DNA of 64,000 nucleotides from a virus. Lineage: Duplodnaviria; Caudoviricetes. A program made the position numbers and the translations under genes. The number at the start of each line of letters is the position of its first letter. The first letter of the stretch is position 1. Below, piece after piece: positions 55,945 through 64,000 of this stretch. The notes beneath the pieces were generated by a model. It made no database searches, was not told the DNA's origin, and saw nothing but the letters and a program-made list of their open reading frames with translations. Location: positions 2,220-66,219 of the IMG/VR virus record IMGVR_UViG_3300047497_000053. The stretch is one strand, 5' to 3'.

Positions 55945-56280
55945 TAGTAAACCAGCCCGGTTTACTAGCGATTTTCTCTATATCGTACGATATAAATAAC
56001 ACTATCTTAAGATAGTGTAATTAGAGTGTTGCTTATAACCCATTGATCTATATCTTATTATTACACTCTAACAGTATATACACTATATATAGAACATATA
56101 TACGTTAGTAAGTAGAGGATATAGCCACACCCATAGCTGACGCAGACAACAGATTACTAGAGGTTATGGGCGAAACAAGTGTTAGAAGTGTTAGAGTGTA
56201 ATTTCCCGAATGGGATCAAAGACTTAAGTCATACACTAAGATATTTTTATTTTTGTCAGAGTGTATCAAGTGTTATTGGC
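55945..56280. other. Putative replication origin (AT-rich, palindromes, AGTGT/ACACT iterons)
   Basis: Palindromes at 55979-55994 and 55999-56018; hairpin at 55945-55967; about ten AGTGT/ACACT boxes; downstream of the primase gene. Confidence 0.6.
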
Positions 56281-56387
56281 ATGCTATTTGCTAATCGGAA
56301 CGGGAGAGTCAGAAATACCCGCCGCTGCCAACGCGCAGCCAATAACCTTATGATGCTAACATACGAGCGTGATTGAAGGAGAACGCG

Positions 56388-56747
56388 ATGGCTGAATCGG
56401 TGATGGCTGAATCGTCGGAACCGGTTTCGCTAGACAACGGATCGCACGCAGCGCTGCCCAAATACCTGCAATTTGCAGCCGCTGAGGCGCAGGTTACGGT
56501 TGAACTGAATTGTTCGGTTGAATACATCGGCGACGGCGTCTATGAATGGACCATGTTCATGCGCCGTGATCCGAGTGTTGCTCGTAAGCGTGGCAAACGA
56601 GGCGAATGGAATCGCATTGCGTTGGCGTCGGGCACGGCGTTTAGCCGCAAGGCCGCATTTAAAGCTGCGCGTCGCGCGATTGCGGGGCATCGCAATGCGT
56701 TGGCACGGGATGCCTATGCGAGGATTGTGGGCGATCAGCGCGGATAG
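56388..56747 (+). CDS. Hypothetical protein
   Basis: AAGGAG RBS before ATG 56388; only + strand gene in this block. Confidence 0.6.
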   Translation: MAESVMAESSEPVSLDNGSHAALPKYLQFAAAEAQVTVELNCSVEYIGDGVYEWTMFMRRDPSVARKRGKRGEWNRIALASGTAFSRKAAFKAARRAIAGHRNALARDAYARIVGDQRG

Positions 56748-56810
56748 AACGTGCGCGCGATGTGACGGGAGAGCGCCAGCGTAGCGCGGTTATCGGTCCG
56801 CGTTGTGCGG

Positions 56811-59102
56811 TTATCGGTCCGCGTTGTGCGGCGCAATCCGATCCGCGCGGGGAAACCACGCGCGCTGACCGCGAATCGTTTGCTGGATGAAATGCGCATC
56901 GCGCAAGATCGTTGCGATGCGGTTTTTTTCCTTCTGAGTCTGCTTGTACAACGGCATCTCCAAGCCGAACTGAAGGATGTCGGCCGAGGTCAGCAAGCGG
57001 TGCGTGCCGTGCCGTTTGTTTTCCTCGATGAGATTTTCCGCGAAACGCAGCGTGGCTTCGCGCCAGAGGTCTGGTTCGTGCCGGGCGGCCTGTTCGGCCT
57101 GCGTTTCATCGTCGGGCATTTCGTGCCACGTGTAGCCCTTGCGATAGTGGTGCACCGCTTCGGCAAAGAGATGATCGCGCTGTTGGGCTAGTGCATCTAA
57201 GTCAATGTGGGTGCAGCGGATGGGCCAAAAGCGGCGCTTGCCCAAAAGACTGATGAGATAGTCATCCGTCTCGGAGGTCGCTGCGAACACGCAACCGCGT
57301 GGGTGATCTTGGGCCAACCGTCCGTAAGACTCGCGAAAGCGATCCCGGCGTGTTGTGATGGTGGAGAGAATCACCGAATAATCGCGTTGCCGAAACCCGG
57401 CCATGTCCGGAATTTCCACGAGCCAGCAGCCTTGGATGGCCTCCAGAAATGCGCGATCCCCGATGGCGGTGTTGACGGTTTCGTACCACTCACCGCCCAG
57501 CATCGCGAGGAGCGACGTTTTACCGCGTCCCATCGTGCCCTCGAGCACCGGCATGTGATCGACTTGGCAGCCGGGTTGAAAGGCGCGCGCGACCATGGAG
57601 ATGAGCCAGTTGCGGCCGAGGCATTGCAGGTAGTGCGTGTTCTCGGCGCTCGTGATATCGGTGAGCCAATTCTCCAGTCTGGGTTGGCCGTCCCACACGA
57701 GGGCGTTGAGATAATCGTGCAGCGAATTTTTGGCGTTCACGGTCGCCGCGTGCAGCACCGCCTCGTGCATGAGACCTGAGTTGAATTTGGAGAGTCGCAT
57801 GGATTGCTGCACGAAAATGGTGAGTTCGCGCGTGTCTTGGTCGCTCCACTCGCGTTTCGTGCCCTTCATGGTGTGCCAGACTTTGTGTTGAAACGTGTCC
57901 AGCCAGATTTTGCCGTTGACGTGCGGATGGCGCAGGATAATTGAGCTGGCGTTTGCGAGAGTGGGAAATGGCAATCCTTGGTGCGATTTGGCGAGGCCCA
58001 GACTGTCCCAATCGGTGAGCGACGCGTGCCCGTTGATGACTCGGACGGGTTCATTGATGTCGTATTCGTTGGGTTCGGACGTGTCGTCGTGGGGTTCGTA
58101 TTCGTGTGCGTCGTCGGGTTCGCCGAGTGCGGAAACGGTCGTCGCGGGTGTCTGCGGCGCGTTAATCGGCACAGCCCGCTGGTCAATGTAGACCGCGATT
58201 CGCGCCGCATCCCACCCATCGGCAATCGCGTCCGCTACATCCCAACCGCGTGGACGGTCAGGTTCTGGGTTGACAACACAGATGTGGTTACAGATCGGCG
58301 TCAGCGCGTGGATGATGTCCGTCGCGGCCTTGCGTCCTGGATCGTCCGCGTCTGGCCAGATTGTGACGCGTCGGCCCGTGAGCGGCGTCCAATCGCTTTG
58401 CTTGACGGCAATCGCACCGCCGGCCCACGTGATCACGATGGCATCTAAAATCGGCGGCTGATTGGGGTCGGCGATGAGTTTGGTGAATTCGTCCGCGCAG
58501 CGTTCGCCCTCGACGATAATCACGGGGCGGCTGGGGTTCGCTTGTAGTTCGCGGCGGTGATACAACGGCCTCGGTGCAGGATATGCGGTCGCAGACCACT
58601 TCCCCGCTCGCCACGTGTATTGCAGGAACCGCTTGGCGATGTCGTTGCCCTGCACGATATCGTAGCGCAGCACCCAAAAGTCGTTGCCGTACTCGGCGCG
58701 GTGCGACGGTTCCCCATACGTCCAGTGCGGCGTGGGCGGCGTAGCATCGTCCGGAATGCGCTCAGGCGGCGCACGCGCGGGTTTGGGCGCGATGCGCGGT
58801 AATTCTCGTCCCAAGGGCGGAAAGGCCCCCACGTCACGGCTCAAGAGGTCGTACGCGGCGCCGTTCTCGATCTGACGCAGAGCCGCCACGGCTGAGATGA
58901 TGTCGCCGCCCGCGCGTCCCGTAGCGAAATGCTGCCACTTGCCCGTGTCCAATGAGATGGACCACGAATCGCCGGGGCCGCCCTTGGATGTGGATTCGCC
59001 GATCCACTGCCGGCCGACTTTGCGACCGCCGAAATACTGCGGCAGTAGCAATTCGGCTTGCGCCAAACAGGCCGCCGCAAGGCCCTTAAAATCGTGGGCC
59101 AC
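56811..59102 (-). CDS. Primase-helicase (TOPRIM plus VapE/VirE-type ATPase)
   Basis: IVEGE...WPDAD.PG...WDVAD TOPRIM; EG..G.GKT, R..YG and G.RRFWP ATPase motifs. Confidence 0.9.
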   Translation of the reverse strand: MAHDFKGLAAACLAQAELLLPQYFGGRKVGRQWIGESTSKGGPGDSWSISLDTGKWQHFATGRAGGDIISAVAALRQIENGAAYDLLSRDVGAFPPLGRELPRIAPKPARAPPERIPDDATPPTPHWTYGEPSHRAEYGNDFWVLRYDIVQGNDIAKRFLQYTWRAGKWSATAYPAPRPLYHRRELQANPSRPVIIVEGERCADEFTKLIADPNQPPILDAIVITWAGGAIAVKQSDWTPLTGRRVTIWPDADDPGRKAATDIIHALTPICNHICVVNPEPDRPRGWDVADAIADGWDAARIAVYIDQRAVPINAPQTPATTVSALGEPDDAHEYEPHDDTSEPNEYDINEPVRVINGHASLTDWDSLGLAKSHQGLPFPTLANASSIILRHPHVNGKIWLDTFQHKVWHTMKGTKREWSDQDTRELTIFVQQSMRLSKFNSGLMHEAVLHAATVNAKNSLHDYLNALVWDGQPRLENWLTDITSAENTHYLQCLGRNWLISMVARAFQPGCQVDHMPVLEGTMGRGKTSLLAMLGGEWYETVNTAIGDRAFLEAIQGCWLVEIPDMAGFRQRDYSVILSTITTRRDRFRESYGRLAQDHPRGCVFAATSETDDYLISLLGKRRFWPIRCTHIDLDALAQQRDHLFAEAVHHYRKGYTWHEMPDDETQAEQAARHEPDLWREATLRFAENLIEENKRHGTHRLLTSADILQFGLEMPLYKQTQKEKNRIATILRDAHFIQQTIRGQRAWFPRADRIAPHNADR

Positions 59103-59103
59103 G

Positions 59104-59304
59104 CTACGCCTGAGGCGTGGTCAGAAATTCGGCGGCGAGCTGCACACGCGCGTGGTAATCGGCGATCAGCATCTCAATGGCGAGCGAGCGATTCCCCCGG
59201 CCAATGGTATCCAGCGCGGCGTGCGATTCAGGGGAGAGCGAGACGGTCAACGGAATGCGGCGGGACCGACCTTTCAGTCGGGGCTGTCGATTGTTGTTAT
59301 CCAT
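59104..59304 (-). CDS. Ribbon-helix-helix protein
   Basis: LTVSLSPE....LD.....NRS..IE.LI. Confidence 0.7.
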   Translation of the reverse strand: MDNNNRQPRLKGRSRRIPLTVSLSPESHAALDTIGRGNRSLAIEMLIADYHARVQLAAEFLTTPQA

Positions 59305-59412
59305 CCGTGGGGTCCCTGTACGTGCGTAGATATGTAAGATTAAACCGGACGCCGCCTGTAGGACAAGGTCGGGTGGGGGTCAAGACAGAATCGGGTGCGC
59401 GGCGGCTGGTAT

Positions 59413-59482
59413 TACGCGCGACTACGCGAGGCTACGCGAGGCTACGCGAGGCTACGCGCGACGATGCGCGACTACGCGAGAA
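59413..59482 (+). repeat. 10-bp tandem repeat tacgcg(ag/cg)(gc/ac) x7
   Basis: Read directly; between the VRR-NUC gene and the RHH/primase genes. Confidence 0.9.
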
Positions 59483-59828
59483 TCAGCGCGCCCGCTAAAA
59501 TAGCCTCGGCATCGGCCACAGACCGCGCCACGCCCGCGATCCCGCCCAAGTCGCGCACCATACCGAGATACGCGCGCTGTTCGACCGAGAGGCGTCCACG
59601 GCCGTATTTGGCCTCAATCGCGACAAATCGGCCCGCATGGATGCCCGTGATGTCCGACATGCCCGGCACGCCAACGCGCACCACGCGCGGATGCGCCAGC
59701 GTCACGTGAGTCGCGGATTGCGATGTCACGCGACCCTGCCAGAATTGGCCGGCCTGAGTGCGAAAGAGGCGCGTGTCGCCGTGAGACAGGGCGGTGAGGA
59801 TGGCGGGGTAGAGGTCGGATTCAGGCAT
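59472..59828 (-). CDS. VRR-NUC (PD-(D/E)XK) nuclease
   Basis: G.PG.SD, F.AIE.K...GR.S.EQ and GG.AGV.RS motifs. Confidence 0.9.
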   Translation of the reverse strand: MPESDLYPAILTALSHGDTRLFRTQAGQFWQGRVTSQSATHVTLAHPRVVRVGVPGMSDITGIHAGRFVAIEAKYGRGRLSVEQRAYLGMVRDLGGIAGVARSVADAEAILAGALILA

Positions 59829-60015
59829 TAATAACGGGATCGCTCACCGGATGCGCCGTATCCCACGCCGCGAGCACCCGGCAGCGCCGACATTGGTACG
59901 TGAGCAACGTATCCGAGCCGTCCTTGACCCAGCGCCGGCAACAGGAACATGGCATGTTGCGAATGCAGAGGATGGCTTCGGCGAGCCATGTGGGGTCAAC
60001 GGCGTCTGCGGTCAC
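59821..60015 (-). CDS. Small Cys-rich protein
   Basis: CSCC...CRRC; coupled to its neighbours. Confidence 0.5.
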   Translation of the reverse strand: MTADAVDPTWLAEAILCIRNMPCSCCRRWVKDGSDTLLTYQCRRCRVLAAWDTAHPVSDPVINA

Positions 60016-60305
60016 GTTGCGTGCAACACGGGCGCAGTCTCACCTTTTGCGACTGATTTTTGGTATGGCATCCATTCGCAGTAATAGCCGCCGCCGGGCA
60101 CCAGACTATCCTCGCCTTGGATCAGCGGCACGCTGCTTCGGCCGTGGCTTTTGCCATTGGCGTCGAACACAGCAAGGTTGACGCACGTATCCGACCAGAC
60201 ATGCGCGATGATCGCCGCGCAGACGGGAGTCGCGCAGAAGCTGGGGTCGCTCTCGGTGGCGGACGGATGGAACCATACCACTCGGCCAATTGTCGGTTTA
60301 ATCAT
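60012..60305 (-). CDS. Conserved phage protein (KPTIGRVVWF type)
   Basis: PTIGR.V, AA.I..V...VNL.VF and WMPYQ motifs; GGAG RBS. Confidence 0.75.
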   Translation of the reverse strand: MIKPTIGRVVWFHPSATESDPSFCATPVCAAIIAHVWSDTCVNLAVFDANGKSHGRSSVPLIQGEDSLVPGGGYYCEWMPYQKSVAKGETAPVLHAT

Positions 60306-60322
60306 GTCTGTCTCTCCATAAA

Positions 60323-60553
60323 TCACCGTCTCCCATCATTCAGTAAATACAACGGCGCGGGAATCTTCAACCACTGCGCCATTCCCGGAATCAATCGCGT
60401 AAACACTTCCAATTCCCGCCCCGCGCGCTTCAAATGCGCGCATACATAGCCGCGCGTTTCGCCGACCGCCGTTGCAATATCGTCCACGGGCGTGCCTGCG
60501 TCAAATAATTCTCGAATCTTCAGGCGCGTTTCGCGATTCGTGCGGTAATGCAC
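60323..60553 (-). CDS. HTH DNA-binding protein
   Basis: IRELF..G..V.DIA..VG..R.YV...L; start uncertain. Confidence 0.55.
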   Translation of the reverse strand: MHYRTNRETRLKIRELFDAGTPVDDIATAVGETRGYVCAHLKRAGRELEVFTRLIPGMAQWLKIPAPLYLLNDGRR

Positions 60554-60645
60554 ACGTCCGCGTTTCGTCGGTTTCGTTTGCTGGCCTGAAAGCGGGCGCG
60601 GGCCACCTTGGCGATGCCGGGTATAGCGGGGTCCGCCGCCGTCCA

Positions 60646-62100
60646 TCAGCGGGCACCCTTCGCACGCTTCGCCTGCCGAGCCTGCCAAATATGCTCTGCC
60701 CAACCTGGGGCGTAGCCTTTCGCACGCGCAAACTCGATCAACTGCCCCAAGCTCTGCGCTCGTCCCTGTTCTTGTCTGCGACCCATGCTCAACCGTTTAC
60801 GCTCCAATTCTTCAGCCGTCAATTCCACCAGCTCGCCGTCCCGCTCTGGTATGGGATCGCGCGCATCGGTTTTAAATCGCGCGCCGCATTCAACGCACAC
60901 GACGGAGCGCGCGGGCGACGCGGCAAAACACTGGGCACAAATGCGCGCTTGGAGGGTGGGTTTCTTTTTCGGCGTTGCATCGGCCGATAGCAACCACTCG
61001 CGCGGCTCATCCGGTAACCCGAATCGGGCCGTTGAATTGACGTGATCCAAAATCAGCGCATGTGTTTTTCCGGGCGCGGGTCGCAAAATTCGACCCACTT
61101 GTTGACGCCACAAACATTCGGACTGAGTAGGTCGAAGCAAAATCCCGCAGTGCACGCCAGGAGCGTCAAATCCTTCGGAAAAAATATCACAAGAGGCCAT
61201 CGCCATGATCTTGCCGTCGCCAAAATCGCGCACGGCCATCGCTCTCACATCGCGATCTGTTTTACCGTTAATGTCGATGGACGGAATCCCCGCGCGATTG
61301 AATTGCGCGGCGACGTGATTCGCATGGGCAACCGAGGTGCAAAAGATCAACGCAGGCTTGCCGTCCGCATATTTTCGGTAATGCGCCAACGCATCGCCCG
61401 TGATCGCTTGCGTGTCCATCAACGCCTGCGCCGCTTCGTTTGAGTATTCGCCCGCGCGGACCAAGAGTCCCGATGTGTCCACGGTGGGAGGTGCGTATAT
61501 TTTTGCGGGTGCTAAAAATCCGTCGCTTGTCAGTTCGCGCACCGACGGACCCACGATGAGGTGGTCAAAGTGCCCTGCGAGGCCGCGCCCGTCCAATCGA
61601 ATCGGCGTCGCCGTGACACCGAGTCGTTTCGCGGCGGCGTATTGTTTCAATATCAAGCCCCACGCCGAGCCGTGCGTCACGTGATGACATTCGTCAATGA
61701 TGATGAGCGTCGGGCATACATAGTCGTCCAATCGGCGCACCAACGTTTGCACCGAGGCCACCGCCACCGCGTGCTGCGTCACGGTGCGACTGCGCACGCC
61801 TGCGGTAATCACGTGCGGCTCAACATCGGTTTCCCGAAGCGCCGATACCAGTTGGTCAATCAACTCCACGCGATGCGCGAGAATGAGCACTCGCCGTCCG
61901 CGCCGTTCGGCGGATTGCGCCATGTGCGACAAGATTCGGGTTTTTCCACCGCCGGTCGGCAACACAAATAACGGCGCACGGGCGCCGCTGGCGAATGCGG
62001 CGGTAATATCTTGAACCGCTTGGGATTGATAGGCACGAAGCGTGACGATGACGATGATTCCTAACTGAAAACGACGGTACGGCAATTCGTTGTACAACAA
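60646..62100 (-). CDS. DEAD/DEAH SF2 helicase with Zn finger
   Basis: LR.YQ, PTGGGKT, DECHH, TATP.R.D, EGFD.P, QQVGR.LR and CxxC...CxxCG motifs; start uncertain. Confidence 0.92.
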   Translation of the reverse strand: MLYNELPYRRFQLGIIVIVTLRAYQSQAVQDITAAFASGARAPLFVLPTGGGKTRILSHMAQSAERRGRRVLILAHRVELIDQLVSALRETDVEPHVITAGVRSRTVTQHAVAVASVQTLVRRLDDYVCPTLIIIDECHHVTHGSAWGLILKQYAAAKRLGVTATPIRLDGRGLAGHFDHLIVGPSVRELTSDGFLAPAKIYAPPTVDTSGLLVRAGEYSNEAAQALMDTQAITGDALAHYRKYADGKPALIFCTSVAHANHVAAQFNRAGIPSIDINGKTDRDVRAMAVRDFGDGKIMAMASCDIFSEGFDAPGVHCGILLRPTQSECLWRQQVGRILRPAPGKTHALILDHVNSTARFGLPDEPREWLLSADATPKKKPTLQARICAQCFAASPARSVVCVECGARFKTDARDPIPERDGELVELTAEELERKRLSMGRRQEQGRAQSLGQLIEFARAKGYAPGWAEHIWQARQAKRAKGAR

Positions 62101-62118
62101 ATTCCATCGAAAAATTTC

Positions 62119-62147
62119 TTGCGCAACAATAGCGGCTATGCTGTAGT
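62119..62147 (+). promoter_or_regulatory. Candidate early promoter TTGCGC-17-TGTAGT
   Basis: Divergent intergenic region; weak consensus match. Confidence 0.3.
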
Positions 62148-62194
62148 GTGCGTCACAGCGGCTTTATTACTTACCGATCATAGAAGGAAAACAG

Positions 62195-63067
62195 ATGTCA
62201 AAGCAACCGAATCCGACGCCGCCCGCGATGGCACCGCAGCGCATGGCCGTCTCCGACGCTAACAACATCGTCGCGCAATACGGCACTCCATCCGCGCCCG
62301 TACCGAATTTCACTTTTGAACAGCTCGTGCGGATGGCGAACGCGTTCGCGAATTCCGGCATGTTCGGGGTCAAGAATCCGGACCAAGCGCTTGCGCTCAT
62401 GTTCTACAGCCAAGCGCTCGGCAAGCATCCGGCGATCATCATGCGCGATTACCACATCATCAACAACCAGCTCGCCAAAAAGGCCGAAGCGATGCTGCGC
62501 GATTTCCAAAAATCGGGTGGTCGCGTGGAGTGGTTGGAGTACACCGATGCGCGCGTGGTCGGGCGATTCACGCATCCGCTCTCCCCGACTGCGATTACCG
62601 TGGACTGGGATTTGGATCGAGCCAAGCGTGCGGGACTCGCCGGAAAAAACGGCGATATGTACGGCAAGTTTACGCGCGCCATGTTTCGCTCTCGGGTGAT
62701 ATCCGAAGGCGTCCGCACGTGCGCGCCAGAAGCGACCGATCAGATGTACACGCCTGATGAGATTGCGGCAATGCAGACCGATACGCCACCCGAGAGCGCA
62801 ACAACGCACGCGGCGATCACCGATGCCGTAGACGCCGCAACGCACCAGATGGACCCCGACGAATTGGACGCGTTGATTACGTCCATGGATGTCGGCACGC
62901 TGGTGGAGCTCAAACGCGCGTTTGCCTCGGCGTGGACACGCGCGAAGGAAGCCGGCGACGAAGCGGCGAAAGGTCGTCTGCAACGTGTGTATGACGCGCA
63001 GAAAGCGGATTTGGAGACGGCGGCAGAGCAGATCCGAAGGGAAACTCAGCAGGAAGCGGTGAAGTAA
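62195..63067 (+). CDS. RecT/Redbeta-like single-strand annealing protein
   Basis: SG.F, A..AGL, Y....R.M...R.ISE..R...P and YTP.E motifs. Confidence 0.7.
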   Translation: MSKQPNPTPPAMAPQRMAVSDANNIVAQYGTPSAPVPNFTFEQLVRMANAFANSGMFGVKNPDQALALMFYSQALGKHPAIIMRDYHIINNQLAKKAEAMLRDFQKSGGRVEWLEYTDARVVGRFTHPLSPTAITVDWDLDRAKRAGLAGKNGDMYGKFTRAMFRSRVISEGVRTCAPEATDQMYTPDEIAAMQTDTPPESATTHAAITDAVDAATHQMDPDELDALITSMDVGTLVELKRAFASAWTRAKEAGDEAAKGRLQRVYDAQKADLETAAEQIRRETQQEAVK

Positions 63068-63118
63068 AAACACCGGCTGTCAAAAAATTCATCAATCACT
63101 AAACCGGAGAACTCTTTA

Positions 63119-63451
63119 ATGAACACCCGCAAACCGATCCGTCAAGGCGATGTCTTAATCATCCCCGTCGCATCTATTCCCCGCGACGCGACGCCGCAGC
63201 CGTCCACTCACGGCAAAGTCATTCTCGCTTTAGGTGAAGCAACCGGACACCATCATCGATTTGAATTCGTGGACCGCCAAGACGGCGTGAAGCTATTCAA
63301 ATCGGGTAATGGCGATTCCTACGTCAAAGTCCCCGCACCGGCCGATCTGCTGCACGAGGAGCACTCCACGGCGACGGTTGCCAAAGGCAATTATTTGCAG
63401 GCCACGCAAGTGGAATTCACGCCTGCGGAATTGCGCACGGTACAGGATTAA
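63119..63451 (+). CDS. Conserved RQGDV...GEATGH.H...HEEH protein
   Basis: His-rich motif family that I recall preceding DUF6745-type genes; GGAG RBS. Confidence 0.75.
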   Translation: MNTRKPIRQGDVLIIPVASIPRDATPQPSTHGKVILALGEATGHHHRFEFVDRQDGVKLFKSGNGDSYVKVPAPADLLHEEHSTATVAKGNYLQATQVEFTPAELRTVQD

Positions 63452-63456
63452 TTGCC

Positions 63457-64000
63457 ATGACAAAAATTATTCGACTGCTAAATAAGGCAACCGGTGGCAT
63501 CACGCCAGAAGAAAAGCAGCGCATGGACGAACATGCGTCTGCTTGGATTGCTAACGCGATGCGCACCGATACGGTAAATCCAGATGTTCTTACGCGTGCA
63601 ATGAAGGATTTGTATCGCGTATCGGGACTCAAAGAACCTCGCGTGGTCATCGTTGCGAGCCCGCGCATTATGGCCATGGCAGGCGGTTTCGCTGCTGCCA
63701 TTTGGTGGCTGAGAAAGAATACCGACGCGACCGACGCGACCCGCGCCGCGACCTACGACGCGACCAGCGTCGCGACCTACGACGCGACCTACGACGCGAC
63801 CAGCGTCGCGACCGACGCCGCGACCCGCGCCGCGACCCGCGCCGCGACCGACGACGCGACCCGCGCCGCGACCGACGCCGCGACCCGCGCCGCGACCCGC
63901 GCCGCGACCCGCGCCGCGACCCGCGCCGCGACCCGCGCCGCGACCTACGACGCGACCAGCGTCGCGACCTACGACGCGACCTACGACGCGACCAGCGTCG
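63457..64000 (+). CDS. DUF6745-type protein, N-terminal part with 12-bp repeats (runs off the window)
   Basis: Translated by hand: ITPEEK...W...LY..SGL.EP.VV.V.SP, then xxAT repeats. Confidence 0.7.
   Translation, partial: MTKIIRLLNKATGGITPEEKQRMDEHASAWIANAMRTDTVNPDVLTRAMKDLYRVSGLKEPRVVIVASPRIMAMAGGFAAAIWWLRKNTDATDATRAATYDATSVATYDATYDATSVATDAATRAATRAATDDATRAATDAATRAATRAATRAATRAATRAATYDATSVATYDATYDATSV
63721..64000 (+). repeat. 12-bp degenerate tandem repeat (NNC GNC GCG ACC)
   Basis: tac gac, cgc gcc, agc gtc, gac gcc or gac gac, each followed by gcg acc. Confidence 0.95.

Larger units (their letters stand above)
1..64000. mobile_element. Tailed dsDNA bacteriophage (podovirus-like), partial or near-complete genome
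   Basis: Terminase, portal, scaffold, major capsid, tail adaptors, fibres, ejection proteins, endolysin and primase-helicase occur in phage-typical order; no host housekeeping genes seen. Confidence 0.97.

Noticed and set aside
59413-59482. 10-bp repeat as a mini-CRISPR
   Set aside because: The units are contiguous with no spacers.
62198-63073. 291-aa - strand ORF
   Set aside because: Antisense shadow of the RecT-like gene.
1-64000. Reverse transcriptase, avd or template repeat of a complete DGR
   Set aside because: No ORF with RT motifs (YxDD in RT context) and no third, A-rich copy of the VR was found by eye.
1-64000. CRISPR array, tRNA, rRNA, integrase or transposase
   Set aside because: No repeat-spacer periodicity, cloverleaf or recombinase motifs were recognised.

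Overview
The window is most of a GC-rich dsDNA tailed-phage genome with podovirus-like architecture: no tape measure, tail tube or sheath genes, but tail adaptor/nozzle genes and large ejection proteins. Positions 62195-64000 and 1-10596 (+) hold an early/accessory operon (RecT-like annealing protein, DUF6745-type pair, two Lcl/DUF1566 genes, csrA, SNF2-like helicase, DNA methyltransferase, many small ORFs). Positions 10605-51758 (-) hold the packaging, head, tail-fibre, glycosylation, lysis and ejection genes. Positions 51864-62100 (mostly -) hold four ribbon-helix-helix genes, two AT-rich motif arrays, a primase-helicase, a VRR-NUC nuclease and an SF2 helicase. I recognised no integrase, DNA polymerase, reverse transcriptase, tRNA or CRISPR array. 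The main signals are: (1) two DGR-type variable repeats with no template repeat or RT in the window, plus three genes with periodic Ala repeats that vary at fixed codon slots; (2) a XerC/D dif-like site, a perfect parS core and a possible centromere array, suggesting integrase-free use of host chromosome-maintenance machinery; (3) a GTTTCC-NN-GGAAAC palindrome family reading CANGGA on the coding strand in a CsrA-encoding phage; (4) a promoter-driven leader with three CCGGU-loop hairpins; (5) an [AK]xGG peptide motif shared across head/ejection proteins; (6) a likely virion-glycosylation module. All family assignments come from motif recognition by eye, not database searches.
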